Source: a virus
Lineage: Duplodnaviria > Heunggongvirae > Uroviricota > Caudoviricetes
IMG/VR virus record: IMGVR_UViG_2703718856_000009
Coordinates: 1 to 35,532 of that record
Direction: 5' to 3' (one strand)
DNA length: 35,532 nt
Below are positions 19,353 to 28,057 of this stretch, one piece after another (position 1 is the stretch's first letter; each line of letters starts with the position of its first letter). Under the pieces are notes generated by a model. The model was given only the letters and a program-made list of their open reading frames with translations, ran no database searches and was not told where the DNA came from. A program made the position numbers and the translations under genes.

Positions 19353-19629
19353 CCGCAACAGCCACTTTGATATCAGCCTGGGTTCTCTGTGACTCCAGTG
19401 CGATCTGTTGTTTTGCATGCTGGTTAGCCTCCAGAACTGTATTGACGATTTGTAGTGATTGCAGGACGTTATTGGTAATGGCTGTTGCTGATTCAGCATT
19501 TCGTACAGCCTCATCAGCACGTTTCTTTTCGTGCTGATATTTGCTGTAGTAGTGGTTAGCAGACCAGATGAAAGAACCGATGACAGTAAAGAAGAATGCA
19601 GAGATAGCCAGCTTATAGCTCAACTTCAT
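19237..19629 (-). CDS. Rz-like i-spanin
   Basis: 130-aa ORF with an N-terminal TM segment, directly after the endolysin gene. Confidence 0.75.
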   Translation of the reverse strand: MKLSYKLAISAFFFTVIGSFIWSANHYYSKYQHEKKRADEAVRNAESATAITNNVLQSLQIVNTVLEANQHAKQQIALESQRTQADIKVAVADDDCAVRPVPAAAADRLRKFADSLRASSGYTVTGESDR

Positions 19630-20089
19630 TTACCACCCCACCAGCCTCTTTAAACCGGGAAATCAGGTCACCGATTTTATGTTCATACTGACCGTAACCT
19701 GCACCAGGTAACGACGCCCAGATATTGCTGCAACGATCGATAGCCTGACGAATATCGCCGCGATCAATCATCGGTAAAGCGCCACGCTCTTTAATCTGCT
19801 GCAATGCCACAGCGTCCTGGCTTTTCGGAGAGAAGTCTTTCAGGCCAAGCTGCTTGCGATAGGCATCCCACCAACGGGAAAGAAGCTGGTAACGTCCGGC
19901 GGCTGTTGATTTGAGTTTTGGGTTTAGCGTGACAAGTTTGCGAGGGTGATCAGAGTAATCAGTAAACAGTTCGCCGCCAACAATAACATCATAACCGTGG
20001 TTACGTGTCGGTTGTCGCCCGTTATCCGTTCCTTCTGACCATGCCACCATATCGAGGAAAGCTATACGCTGGGAATTTAGTACCTGCAT
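19613..20089 (-). CDS. Endolysin, lambda R-type lytic transglycosylase
   Basis: 158 aa; long stretches match lambda R as I remember it (..FLDM.AWSEGTDNGRQ.TRNHGYDVIVGGELFTDYSDHPRKLVTLNPKLKST.AGRYQLLSRWWDAYRKQLGLKDFSPKSQD..). Confidence 0.95.
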   Translation of the reverse strand: MQVLNSQRIAFLDMVAWSEGTDNGRQPTRNHGYDVIVGGELFTDYSDHPRKLVTLNPKLKSTAAGRYQLLSRWWDAYRKQLGLKDFSPKSQDAVALQQIKERGALPMIDRGDIRQAIDRCSNIWASLPGAGYGQYEHKIGDLISRFKEAGGVVNEVEL

Positions 20090-20092
20090 AAA

Positions 20093-20419
20093 TTACTCCT
20101 TAGAGCCACCAAACTTATTACCGATTACTCGCATTGCAGCCCCACGAATAGCATCAACACCGATCAGCCCCACACCACCACCAATGGCAACAGATAGTGA
20201 TTTAGGCCATCCGACATACTCAAGAGCGGATGCAAAAGTCAGCGTCAGAGCGCCACAGAGTAGAATTTCGAGTGTTTTTCGCTTCCAGCCGCCACCACCG
20301 CCAAAATAGGCAATACGTAAACCAGCCATAACAATCGACATAATCACTGCGCCCAGCGGTGTGTCTCCACGCCACCAGCTCTGGAACAACTCCAGCCAAG
20401 TATTTGGGTTATGAGGCAT
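20093..20419 (-). CDS. Holin
   Basis: 108-aa ORF with hydrophobic segments, immediately upstream of the endolysin. Confidence 0.75.
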   Translation of the reverse strand: MPHNPNTWLELFQSWWRGDTPLGAVIMSIVMAGLRIAYFGGGGGWKRKTLEILLCGALTLTFASALEYVGWPKSLSVAIGGGVGLIGVDAIRGAAMRVIGNKFGGSKE

Positions 20420-20564
20420 TTGTAGTTATCTCTCACCTCGCCAATACAGGAGGTGCCAATTGAGGGAATACCACGTACCGCACATCAGAAGCGGAAACGT
20501 CAAAGAAGCCGAGTCAATGGATAAATGTGGGATAGACCAGGACCAACGAATCCCCAGCCCAAGA

Positions 20565-20593
20565 AACGACAAAACCCGCTCGACGGCGGGTTT
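20565..20593 (-). terminator. Candidate intrinsic terminator on the late-gene strand (tR'-like)
   Basis: On the - strand: CCCGC-CGTCGA-GCGGG hairpin followed by TTTTGTCGTTT, lying between Q and the holin. Confidence 0.4.
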
Positions 20594-20683
20594 AAGCTGT
20601 GTGGCGAAGTAACCACTCTTAACACAGTAATCTAGAAAATGCGGACCGCGTTAGTGATTTTTTCAACTTTTTGATTTATCTTA

Positions 20684-20711
20684 TTGAACACAAGAAACCA
20701 CTGCCTATAAA
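20684..20711 (+). promoter_or_regulatory. Candidate sigma70 promoter of the AT-rich cassette
   Basis: TTGAAC, 16-nt spacer, TATAAA, about 70 nt upstream of the cassette ATG; AAGGA RBS 9 nt before the ATG at 20781. Confidence 0.4.
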
Positions 20712-20780
20712 TCATATCAACCCAAACCATAAAAACCAAAAAATCAAATGATTACATTAACTAGATAAGGAACAAAGTTA

Positions 20781-21866
20781 ATGAAAGAAAGCCGCAGCAA
20801 GGTCATTCAATATAAACGTGCAGTCATCCCTAATTGCACAGCAACGCTTCAACAGATCATAGAATCTATAATTTCTGAAAATGGCGCAGCCTATAAAGTT
20901 AGCGCAAGAAGAGAACAGATTAACCCCTCCGATAGCAATAGTGGATTTAGAGTGGTTAACCGCAGCAGCACTTTCAAGACAGTGTTATTCGGGCAACTTA
21001 TTTTGTTTGAACAAGGTAAAAGCCAAACACTTATGACAATCGCTGATGATGTCAATTATTATGACATCAATGCTATAACATCGAAGCAAATTAAATTAGC
21101 CGAAGACGAAAAAATAAGTGAAGCTGAAAAACAAAAAATAACACGAGAATTTATTGATTCAATACTTTACTTTGGGATTCGTGATAATCATGTGATGATC
21201 GTCCAATCACCGGCTCTAAGGACTAAAGACATAGAAAGCCATCTTAATTGGTTAATCCATTCATTTAGCACTATTTTTAATGGTGACGACTTCCTTGTGC
21301 TTCAAGATAAACCAACTGAAGACACCATAAAAAAAATGCATGAAAGTCCAGTCAAGAAAATAAATTTCGGCAGTATCCCAATCAAAAATTCTGATTCTGA
21401 AGATGTAGTTAAAATAAATAATATAAGTAACACAAACGACCTCCCCACAACAATAAAAGAACAGGTCGAAAAAGTTAAGAAAATAAAATTCATGCCAACT
21501 GGTAAAGGTGGCGATATTATAAAAGCTGCTTTTGGCGAAGCATGGTTTAATAATTTACAACTGGAAGATTCTCTTGATGAATCCAATTTACAAGTTAATC
21601 TAGAAATAACCTATTTCCGCAAGACAAACAAAGATGGTCAACGTGTACTCGATACTTTAGCAACTTCACTCAGAAATATAGACGATGAAGATATTAGTAT
21701 AAACCTTCAAGGTGGTGGCATAATTAAAGGCAGTGATTTAAAACTATCCGGTAAAGTAAACGTCCAATATAACAATGGACTTATTGATGAAAATGATTTA
21801 TATTTACAAATGCACAAATGGCTGACTTCAAAGGTTCAAACTGGAGAAGTAAAAGTTAAAAACTAG
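20781..21866 (+). CDS. Hypothetical 361-aa soluble protein (AT-rich cassette gene 1)
   Basis: Long ORF with RBS; Lys/Asn/Ile-rich; no family recognised by eye. Confidence 0.8.
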   Translation: MKESRSKVIQYKRAVIPNCTATLQQIIESIISENGAAYKVSARREQINPSDSNSGFRVVNRSSTFKTVLFGQLILFEQGKSQTLMTIADDVNYYDINAITSKQIKLAEDEKISEAEKQKITREFIDSILYFGIRDNHVMIVQSPALRTKDIESHLNWLIHSFSTIFNGDDFLVLQDKPTEDTIKKMHESPVKKINFGSIPIKNSDSEDVVKINNISNTNDLPTTIKEQVEKVKKIKFMPTGKGGDIIKAAFGEAWFNNLQLEDSLDESNLQVNLEITYFRKTNKDGQRVLDTLATSLRNIDDEDISINLQGGGIIKGSDLKLSGKVNVQYNNGLIDENDLYLQMHKWLTSKVQTGEVKVKN

Positions 21867-21884
21867 AACCAACAGGAGGCGGAA

Positions 21885-22397
21885 ATGAGCTTCTTTAAAT
21901 TTATTATAAGATTCTTATCCGCCTTCGCTTTTGGGTTTGCAATATTTTACTTTGCATCTAGAAAAATTGACTTAAGTGGCATATCTACTCCATGGTCATT
22001 AATAACCTTATTAGCATTCCCTTTCAGTTATTGTATCGCAGCCTTTTTTAAAGTTTCTGAAGCCGACGAAAACACATCACTATCAGATAATGAACTAAGA
22101 AGATTACGACCGATAATTGATGCAAAAAAAAGACATCTTGGATTTCTTATCTTTTTTTATCTTATTGCTGCTTTTTCAGGAGCAATTGGTATGTTCGCTA
22201 TTTCCAGAGAGTCGATAGTTTATCTATATTTTATATCTGCTTGTGGAGGAGGCATTGCTGCTGCAATGTATTCTTTTTTCTTTATCAGCTCAATAAACAG
22301 CGAAATACAGAGATTTAAAAGCATCTTATTACACAGAGCTGAAGCGAATAAAAAAACGAAAGAATTTATAGACTCATTAAACAAAAAGGCGGATTGA
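21885..22397 (+). CDS. Hypothetical 170-aa membrane protein, about four TM segments (cassette gene 2)
   Basis: AGGAGG RBS 7 nt before the ATG; four hydrophobic stretches (FIIRFLSAFAFGFAIFYFA, LITLLAFPFSYCIAAFF, LGFLIFFYLIAAFSGAIGMFAI, LYFISACGGGIAAAMYSFFFI). Confidence 0.8.
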   Translation: MSFFKFIIRFLSAFAFGFAIFYFASRKIDLSGISTPWSLITLLAFPFSYCIAAFFKVSEADENTSLSDNELRRLRPIIDAKKRHLGFLIFFYLIAAFSGAIGMFAISRESIVYLYFISACGGGIAAAMYSFFFISSINSEIQRFKSILLHRAEANKKTKEFIDSLNKKAD

Positions 22398-22415
22398 AAT
22401 CCGCCTTTTTGTTTT
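22386..22415. terminator. Intrinsic terminator (bidirectional hairpin) between cassette and Q
   Basis: AAGGCGGA-TTGAAA-TCCGCCTT followed by TTTTTGTTTT, with an A-run on the other side; overlaps the cassette stop codon. Confidence 0.7.
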
Positions 22416-22417
22416 CT

Positions 22418-22780
22418 TCAATCCATTTCTAATCTAATATCCAACATTGAAAGACAACCTTCGATAAATCCTTCAGCCATTTTAATCTCAATGCGTATAA
22501 GTTTCTCGTCCTTTTTCTTTTCTTTAGCAATTTTTCTCTTAGAAAGACCATACAAATAATGTGCTACTAGTAACGAATGCTCATAAGGTTTTTTCTTCTT
22601 CAGCCGAGCAAGGCACCCCTCAATGATTAATCCGTCGGCATCAGTACATGAGAGTCTGTTTTTACCTGTTTGTGGTAAAAGCCCTTTAAATCCTGCTGCG
22701 ATTGGAGAATAGTCAACGCCTGAATTATCACTAGCAGCCCATCCCCCCCAACGCTCAAGAACCATCTGAATATCACGCAT
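22418..22780 (-). CDS. Late-gene antiterminator Q
   Basis: Start taken at MRDIQMVLERWGGWAAS...; ends ...GCLSMLDIRLEMD; resembles K-12 QuuD-type Q as I remember it. Confidence 0.8.
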   Translation of the reverse strand: MRDIQMVLERWGGWAASDNSGVDYSPIAAGFKGLLPQTGKNRLSCTDADGLIIEGCLARLKKKKPYEHSLLVAHYLYGLSKRKIAKEKKKDEKLIRIEIKMAEGFIEGCLSMLDIRLEMD

Positions 22781-22797
22781 CAAATTTCTCCACAAAA

Positions 22798-23793
22798 TCA
22801 GGCCAGCACGCCAGTTGCCAGCGCACGATCGATAAAACGAAATATCAGCTCCAGCTGAGAGCCATACTTCTCTTCAAATGCCACGGTATCCGCATGCAGC
22901 TCGTCGTGATGCTTTCTGCACAAAGGCAACACAAAGAGGTCATGCGCTTTTGTACCCATTCCCCCCTGACCGTGGCCTATCAGGTGGTGGGGATCATCAG
23001 CAGGTTTTCCACAACATGCGCACGGCTGCGTCTTAACCCAACGCGTGTACTTTTCGTTAACCCAGCGGCGACGTTTTGGGCGTAACATAAAAGAGTCCGG
23101 CGACTCCGGATCCACTTTCAGCGCCAGCACCTTTTTTGCCTTATCCTGGATGATGCTGGTGGCAGGAACCGAAGGCACAAGGTCACTTTCCCGGGTGACA
23201 GACGGCACAACAGGCTTTGGTAATCTCAGTGCCTTACGGGCTGCACTTTCCGGTAAGGCATCCGCCAGGTCATTACGAACCAGCCACCAGCACAGTTCCG
23301 GCATTGTCACAACGTGACTATCATCAAAACCGAGATCCCGACGCACAACAGACAACACCCAGCGGGCACAGTTATCCGTTGCCATTGATTCCAGCCGTTC
23401 CGTGAACTGATCGCGCAGCTGGTTATCGCAGTGCCAGCACAGACGGATTGCGCCCGGAGCGTGTCGCATTGTGGTCATGTTCTCGCTGTGCCAGTCGGAA
23501 TGAGGCCACTGGCAGCCTTTTTCACGAAGTAACCAGCTTTCAAGACATTCCACGCCACCAGCACGACGGATCACTGCCTCATTGCGGAACACGGCCCGAA
23601 CGGCAGGATCATCCGCCAGCGGTTGTGATGCCGCCGGAACGGCACCGCTGGCGAAAGATGAATAACGTTCCGGCTCAGGCTCCAGCAGGACACGCCCCTG
23701 CATAAACAGGGGCATCAGCTCTGAACCAGGTCTGAACAATACGATCCCCATACGCGGGGCAATTTCAGGGGTCAGTAGTGCTCTCACAGTCAC
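22798..23793 (-). CDS. Prophage protein with C-terminal HNH/zinc-binding-like motif (DUF968-like)
   Basis: 331-aa ORF; C-terminus ...QPCACCGKPADDPHHLIGHGQGGMGTKAHDLFVLPLCRKHHDELH. Confidence 0.7.
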   Translation of the reverse strand: MTVRALLTPEIAPRMGIVLFRPGSELMPLFMQGRVLLEPEPERYSSFASGAVPAASQPLADDPAVRAVFRNEAVIRRAGGVECLESWLLREKGCQWPHSDWHSENMTTMRHAPGAIRLCWHCDNQLRDQFTERLESMATDNCARWVLSVVRRDLGFDDSHVVTMPELCWWLVRNDLADALPESAARKALRLPKPVVPSVTRESDLVPSVPATSIIQDKAKKVLALKVDPESPDSFMLRPKRRRWVNEKYTRWVKTQPCACCGKPADDPHHLIGHGQGGMGTKAHDLFVLPLCRKHHDELHADTVAFEEKYGSQLELIFRFIDRALATGVLA

Positions 23794-23794
23794 C

Positions 23795-24622
23795 TCAATG
23801 AACGGTATCGAGCAGCTTTAACAGCTCAGGGAATCGGGATTCGAAGAAATGCGGCTGCGTCTCGCGCGGATTTGCGGGACTGGTGATGTTCTTGCCGAAC
23901 ATGCAGCCTTTCGCTGTCAGCGACCAGAATTTTTTGATGTTGTTAATCGAGGTACGGCTGTATCGTTCGCGCTGCTCGACGATCCCCAGCTTCACCATCT
24001 GGTGATATGCCTGATTAGCCGTCAGGCGGATACCATACTGCTTCAGCAGTGCACTCAGCGACAGCGTAGGGCGGCTTGAACCATCTGGCGCATCAGCAGG
24101 TGCATCAATGGCATAGATCGGCATAAGTTCAGGAAGACCAGCTACCTTTGATAATTTCTGGTATGCACCAAGTTTCGAGGAGTTTGACAGATTTAGAGTC
24201 TTTGCTGCTGATTCAAGCAGAATGACCCCGGATTTAATTTTGTCGGATGTGGTTTCTTCTGGTGATGAATTATGAAGCGCATCAAAAGTACGTATCACTT
24301 TTAAGCTGAATGCCGGGCTGATCCACATTGCATATGCATAGACCAGCTCTTTACAGACATACGTCCCACCATTGCGCCCCTGAATGGTGATGACAGGAAT
24401 ACTACGGGAATCTCCCGTAGTTTCTTCTTCCAATAATTCCACAAGAGCCTTCGTTTCAGGACGACGCATAAACTCGTGAACTTCCAGCGAACGGGAGGAG
24501 CGATTCTCACCAGCGGCAAGAAGAGCAGCTTTCTGAAGGTCGTTAAGACAGTAGTTAGATTCGAAGTACTGGCGCACAGAAACGCCATCAATTACAAGCA
24601 ACTGATTCATTGGTTTCTCCAC
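23795..24622 (-). CDS. Antirepressor (KilA-N domain plus C-terminal Ant-like domain)
   Basis: 275 aa; N-terminus MNQLLVIDGVSVRQ...GTYVCKELVYAYAMWISPAFSLKVI is KilA-N-like. Confidence 0.8.
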   Translation of the reverse strand: MEKPMNQLLVIDGVSVRQYFESNYCLNDLQKAALLAAGENRSSRSLEVHEFMRRPETKALVELLEEETTGDSRSIPVITIQGRNGGTYVCKELVYAYAMWISPAFSLKVIRTFDALHNSSPEETTSDKIKSGVILLESAAKTLNLSNSSKLGAYQKLSKVAGLPELMPIYAIDAPADAPDGSSRPTLSLSALLKQYGIRLTANQAYHQMVKLGIVEQRERYSRTSINNIKKFWSLTAKGCMFGKNITSPANPRETQPHFFESRFPELLKLLDTVH

Positions 24623-24707
24623 AAATTTTTATCCACGAGCGGGACTGCACTCCCTTTTCGTTGATGCAGGATGAACTTACTGCGATTTTTAATAGTTATC
24701 AAGGATA

Positions 24708-24727
24708 TACTGTTCATAAATACAGTA
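24708..24727. promoter_or_regulatory. LexA (SOS) box upstream of the antirepressor
   Basis: TACTGTTCATAAATACAGTA fits the CTGT-N8-ACAG consensus; lies about 85 bp upstream of the ant start. Confidence 0.65.
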
Positions 24728-24772
24728 TCTTTAACGAGGTAATACCCAAATTTAGGGTGTTGCTCAATTCCG

Positions 24773-25168
24773 TTACCGAGTTGCTAATTTGCAACTCGCT
24801 TTTTCGTACTTACTGATAGTGATCTCGACCTTCCCCTCCGGGATAACCGGTCCCCACTCCACCAGCATTCTTTTCACCTGACTGTCGTCTTCCCACACAC
24901 CCGCGTGGGTCAGGGCGTCAAACAGCGCCTTGTTATAGTTGTCCAGATCGCGGATCCGGTTATCCGGAGGAAACAAAACGATCTCCACTGAAGCAGGTGC
25001 CGACGTTGGTTTCGGCAGACGACGTAACTGCTCAACTATTGCTGCGCACGCCGCGCTCTGGAATTTTCACCCCGCCGCGCTTATCAGGCTCTTACCAGCA
25101 AACGCCCCTTTGTTGGGGTGTCGCCAGTACGTGTTCACGCTGGGCGGAAAAGGAAGGATCAGCTTCAT
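24773..25168 (-). pseudogene. rusA: rusA-type Holliday junction resolvase interrupted by in-frame TGA at codon 34
   Basis: ATG at 25166-25168 gives MKLILPFPPSVNTYWRHPNKGAFAGKSLISAAG, then TGA (25067-25069), then the same frame continues KFQSAACAAIVEQLRR...DLDNYNKALFDALTHAGVWEDDSQV. Confidence 0.75.
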
Positions 25169-25491
25169 ACTTTCAGGCCCCTCTCATGTAACCAGTGGGC
25201 TGCACGCAGCCTGGCGTTTTCCTCACCGGCAAGCAGTGAGCGGATAATCCCGACCGCCTCGCTGTCGTCGTCCTTCACCACGGTATGAAGCGTGATCCCC
25301 CGGGCCACACCACGCTTTATCGTGATGACGCCTTTTTTCTCCAGTGCGCGAAGATGCTCCACCGCTGCATTCACCGAACGGTATCCCAGCATGGTTGCCA
25401 CCTCCTGATTGGTTGGCGGGAAGCCACGTTCTTTCTGATAAGAAATCAGCATATCCAGCACCTGCTGCTGGCATTGAGTTAACGTCGTCAT
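25165..25491 (-). CDS. LexA N-terminal DNA-binding-domain homologue without peptidase domain
   Basis: Start at internal ATG (25489-25491), overlapping the upstream stop as TAATG; LTQCQQQVLDMLISYQKERGFPPTNQEVATMLGYRSVNAAVEHLRALEKKGVITIKRGVARGITL parallels the LexA winged-helix domain. Confidence 0.7.
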   Translation of the reverse strand: MTTLTQCQQQVLDMLISYQKERGFPPTNQEVATMLGYRSVNAAVEHLRALEKKGVITIKRGVARGITLHTVVKDDDSEAVGIIRSLLAGEENARLRAAHWLHERGLKV

Positions 25492-25985
25492 TACGCCCCC
25501 ACGTAATTCCCTGACAGATACCACTCATCACTCGATACAGCGCGCTTGCTGCTTTTCCGTAAACACTGCTCACGACGCGCCAGAAAATTGTTTCGTTCTG
25601 GCTGGGAGTGGCTTTCACGGAATGCCGCCATCCACACCGTTGCAGCACGACGGTATAAGCCCCTGGACTCCAGTTCTTCAGCCTGGCGGGTCAGGCACAA
25701 AATCTCCCGCGGGTCGTTAGTGCCGACATAGAAATTGCGCACAGGTCTGGTTTCACGAACTGGTTGCGGTTCCGCCTCCTGCGCTCTCTCAGTCAGGCGC
25801 GGGAAATGTCTGCGTGTATCCCCTTCACAACGGTGAGCCACACGCCCACTCTGACGTAACTTGCTTGCTGACTGCAGAACGCGCTGCCGTGAGTAACCTG
25901 CAAAAGCATCCGCAATGTCTCCGGAAGTACACCCCGGATGGGCTTCAATGTATTTCTGAACTTCATTCAAAAGACTCATGATCAC
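25491..25985 (-). CDS. Hypothetical 164-aa protein of the replication/nin region
   Basis: ORF with coupled start and stop; family not recognised. Confidence 0.55.
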   Translation of the reverse strand: MIMSLLNEVQKYIEAHPGCTSGDIADAFAGYSRQRVLQSASKLRQSGRVAHRCEGDTRRHFPRLTERAQEAEPQPVRETRPVRNFYVGTNDPREILCLTRQAEELESRGLYRRAATVWMAAFRESHSQPERNNFLARREQCLRKSSKRAVSSDEWYLSGNYVGA

Positions 25986-26923
25986 CCCCTGAATCCTGCC
26001 GGGATCTGGCTGTAGTCCACGTTGTCGTAACTGGCTTTGAAGTACGGGTCTTCGCGTTTTTCTGTGTACGTGCTGACGGACGGCGATAAGCGCAGGGAAA
26101 GCTCATCCCATTTTTCCCGCAGCTTCGACGGGCTGAGCACGTTACGGCACCAGAACGGATCGCGGCTGACGCGGCTGTACATCTCGCAGATTTGTTTGTG
26201 AGTACGACCATCCTGCACACACATCAGGCGAATTTCGTTTGCCCAGGCTGTCCAGTTCGGTTCTTTGGGACGAACCACCTCGCCGTCACATTCGGCGGCC
26301 TGCTCGTACAGGGCGATGATTTTTTTCCAGAGCCACTGTGCGCAGGTCAAATCATCCTGCGTTCCCCACTGGCGCTTTTTAGGGCTGAATACAACCGCAT
26401 CAGGATGGCGAGTTAAAAACTCCTGTTCAGCCGTCTGCGTGTCCGGTTGCGAAGCGTCCGGACGAGAAGTTTTTTTATCTGACGGATCATGTTTTGATTT
26501 TACTGACGGATCCCCGCCAGATTCTGACGGGTGAAAACCCGCTTTTTTGCCAGATTTCGACGCATCAAATTTTGACGGGTCAGATTTTGATGCGTCAGAT
26601 TTTGACGGGTCAGAATCTGACAGTTGAGAAAATGCCGCTGCCTGAAGCTTCGCAACGTTAAGCTGATAAACATTCGACGCATTGCGGTTACCCTGGCGAC
26701 GCGCCTTACGCGTTAACCAGCCTTCTGCTTCCAGCCGTGCGATAGCCGTTCTGACGGTGCTCATCCCCGCGCCAATCTGGCGGGCAATGGTTTCAATTGA
26801 TGGCCAGCACACACCTTCGTCATTACTGAAATCAGCCAGGCGGGCCATAATTGCCACGCTGGATAACTTCATGCCTGACGCAGCGCAACCATCCCATACA
26901 TAGCCGGTTAATTTAGTGCTCAT
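25982..26923 (-). CDS. Replication initiator (lambda O-like, N-terminal winged helix) with internal iterons
   Basis: 313-aa ORF; the middle encodes repetitive SDSDPSKSDASKSDPSKFDASKS over DNA direct repeats. Confidence 0.75.
   Translation of the reverse strand: MSTKLTGYVWDGCAASGMKLSSVAIMARLADFSNDEGVCWPSIETIARQIGAGMSTVRTAIARLEAEGWLTRKARRQGNRNASNVYQLNVAKLQAAAFSQLSDSDPSKSDASKSDPSKFDASKSGKKAGFHPSESGGDPSVKSKHDPSDKKTSRPDASQPDTQTAEQEFLTRHPDAVVFSPKKRQWGTQDDLTCAQWLWKKIIALYEQAAECDGEVVRPKEPNWTAWANEIRLMCVQDGRTHKQICEMYSRVSRDPFWCRNVLSPSKLREKWDELSLRLSPSVSTYTEKREDPYFKASYDNVDYSQIPAGFRG
26480..26630. repeat. Iteron-type direct repeats (candidate replication origin) inside the O-like gene
   Basis: Units of the form (G/C)AGATTTTGA(C/T)G(G/C)GTCAGA recur about six times; cleanest block at 26575-26628. 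Confidence 0.6.
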
Positions 26924-26932
26924 GACCGACCT

Positions 26933-27271
26933 CTATTTCCCTGAATTTACGACGAAACTGTTCGAGCGGGCTGAAGCACTCATGCTCATAGCCTTCGCGG
27001 AGGTAGATAACTCGTTGTGTTTCCGGCTCCCAACGAATGACTCTGACGGGCACTCCGTAGTGATCTTTGAACCAGCGGTTAACTTGTCGCAAAGGACTGT
27101 CTCCTTCTGCCGGTTGAAATCACCCACAGCCCACTCAGCAAAGCTGTGGGTTACAATTTCCCTGTCACCTGGTACATTAACTGCATAGCAATACTCCACC
27201 TTCGCTTTTCCACCCGGTACAGGAAGCGCAATCAGTTGCGAGCGACGGTAGTGTGTTGTTAAACTGTTCAT
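26933..27271 (-). CDS. Hypothetical protein, possibly frame-shifted
   Basis: N-terminal half looks coding; after about codon 60 the -1 frame ([58 protein letters not shown]) looks more protein-like and ends at a stop coupled to the O-like start. Confidence 0.45.
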   Translation of the reverse strand: MNSLTTHYRRSQLIALPVPGGKAKVEYCYAVNVPGDREIVTHSFAEWAVGDFNRQKETVLCDKLTAGSKITTECPSESFVGSRKHNELSTSAKAMSMSASARSNSFVVNSGK

Positions 27272-27876
27272 GCGTTAGTTTCTCCACAGTCACGACACGC
27301 CACGGCGCCCGGAGCTGCACACTCGCGGGCGTCATTACTTTCTGAAATGCAAAAGATTTTGTAGACCAGTGCTGCATGCTCCTGCAGCTTCGAAATTGAG
27401 AGATACAGCTCGTCGTTAATTGCTGTCTTCTCATGCGGTTCCACCACACCGTCTTCGATTGCCGAACGAATCTGTCTGGAATAACTGCCAATCTGTTCAA
27501 TGACTTCCAGCAGGCGCTGGTTAATATCGGCGTTGTCCACATCCTCGACGTCAGGAAGAGACACAAAGACGCCATTTGCAGACTGCGCCACAGCGTCAGC
27601 AATGAAGTGAGTTCCACCAGCACGTTGCAAAATCATTGCCCATCCCAGCGGGAAAATCTGATCGCCATCGGCACGAAGGCGGTTAAATAATGCGTTTTCT
27701 GTTACATCCAGCCAGTCAGCTGCTTCAGCGTAACCACCCGGCAACGCTGCGATAGTTTTTCTGACAGCTTTCACGTACCACTCAGGCTGTTTTTCTACTT
27801 TCCAGTGATGCTTACCCACGGTTAGCCTCATCGTTCTGTGGTTTCTGTTAATCGATTTATCCATTAGATTTTTCAT
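27268..27876 (-). CDS. cII-like / YdaT-like regulatory protein
   Basis: Downstream of cro on the same strand; start taken at internal Met ([13 protein letters not shown]...); the ORF-track start at 27933 would overlap cro extensively. Confidence 0.55.
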   Translation of the reverse strand: MKNLMDKSINRNHRTMRLTVGKHHWKVEKQPEWYVKAVRKTIAALPGGYAEAADWLDVTENALFNRLRADGDQIFPLGWAMILQRAGGTHFIADAVAQSANGVFVSLPDVEDVDNADINQRLLEVIEQIGSYSRQIRSAIEDGVVEPHEKTAINDELYLSISKLQEHAALVYKIFCISESNDARECAAPGAVACRDCGETNA

Positions 27877-28057
27877 AAAGCTCAGGTTTAAATGGCAACC
27901 GTCCGCAAGTTCTATATGCAGCTTCTGCTGCACGTCCTTTTGGAATTAACTGGCCCGGACGGTTTCGCCACTGATAAACGGCTTCAGTTGTTATGCCGAA
28001 AAAAGCAGCAACTTTCTCAATACTGCCGAAGTAGCTTTCGATATCGTCAGTTGTCAT
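27857..28057 (-). CDS. Cro-like repressor (small HTH protein)
   Basis: 66-aa ORF divergent from cI. Confidence 0.8.
   Translation of the reverse strand: MTTDDIESYFGSIEKVAAFFGITTEAVYQWRNRPGQLIPKGRAAEAAYRTCGRLPFKPELYEKSNG

Noticed and set aside
20781-22397. Shiga toxin genes (classic cargo at the Q-S junction)
   Set aside because: Wrong orientation relative to the late operon, no signal peptides, and the second product is a 170-aa multi-pass membrane protein rather than an ~89-aa B subunit.
26480-26630. Short direct repeats that could be mistaken for a CRISPR array
   Set aside because: Units are about 18 bp, irregular, without unique spacers, inside an ORF and with no cas genes; they fit replication iterons.
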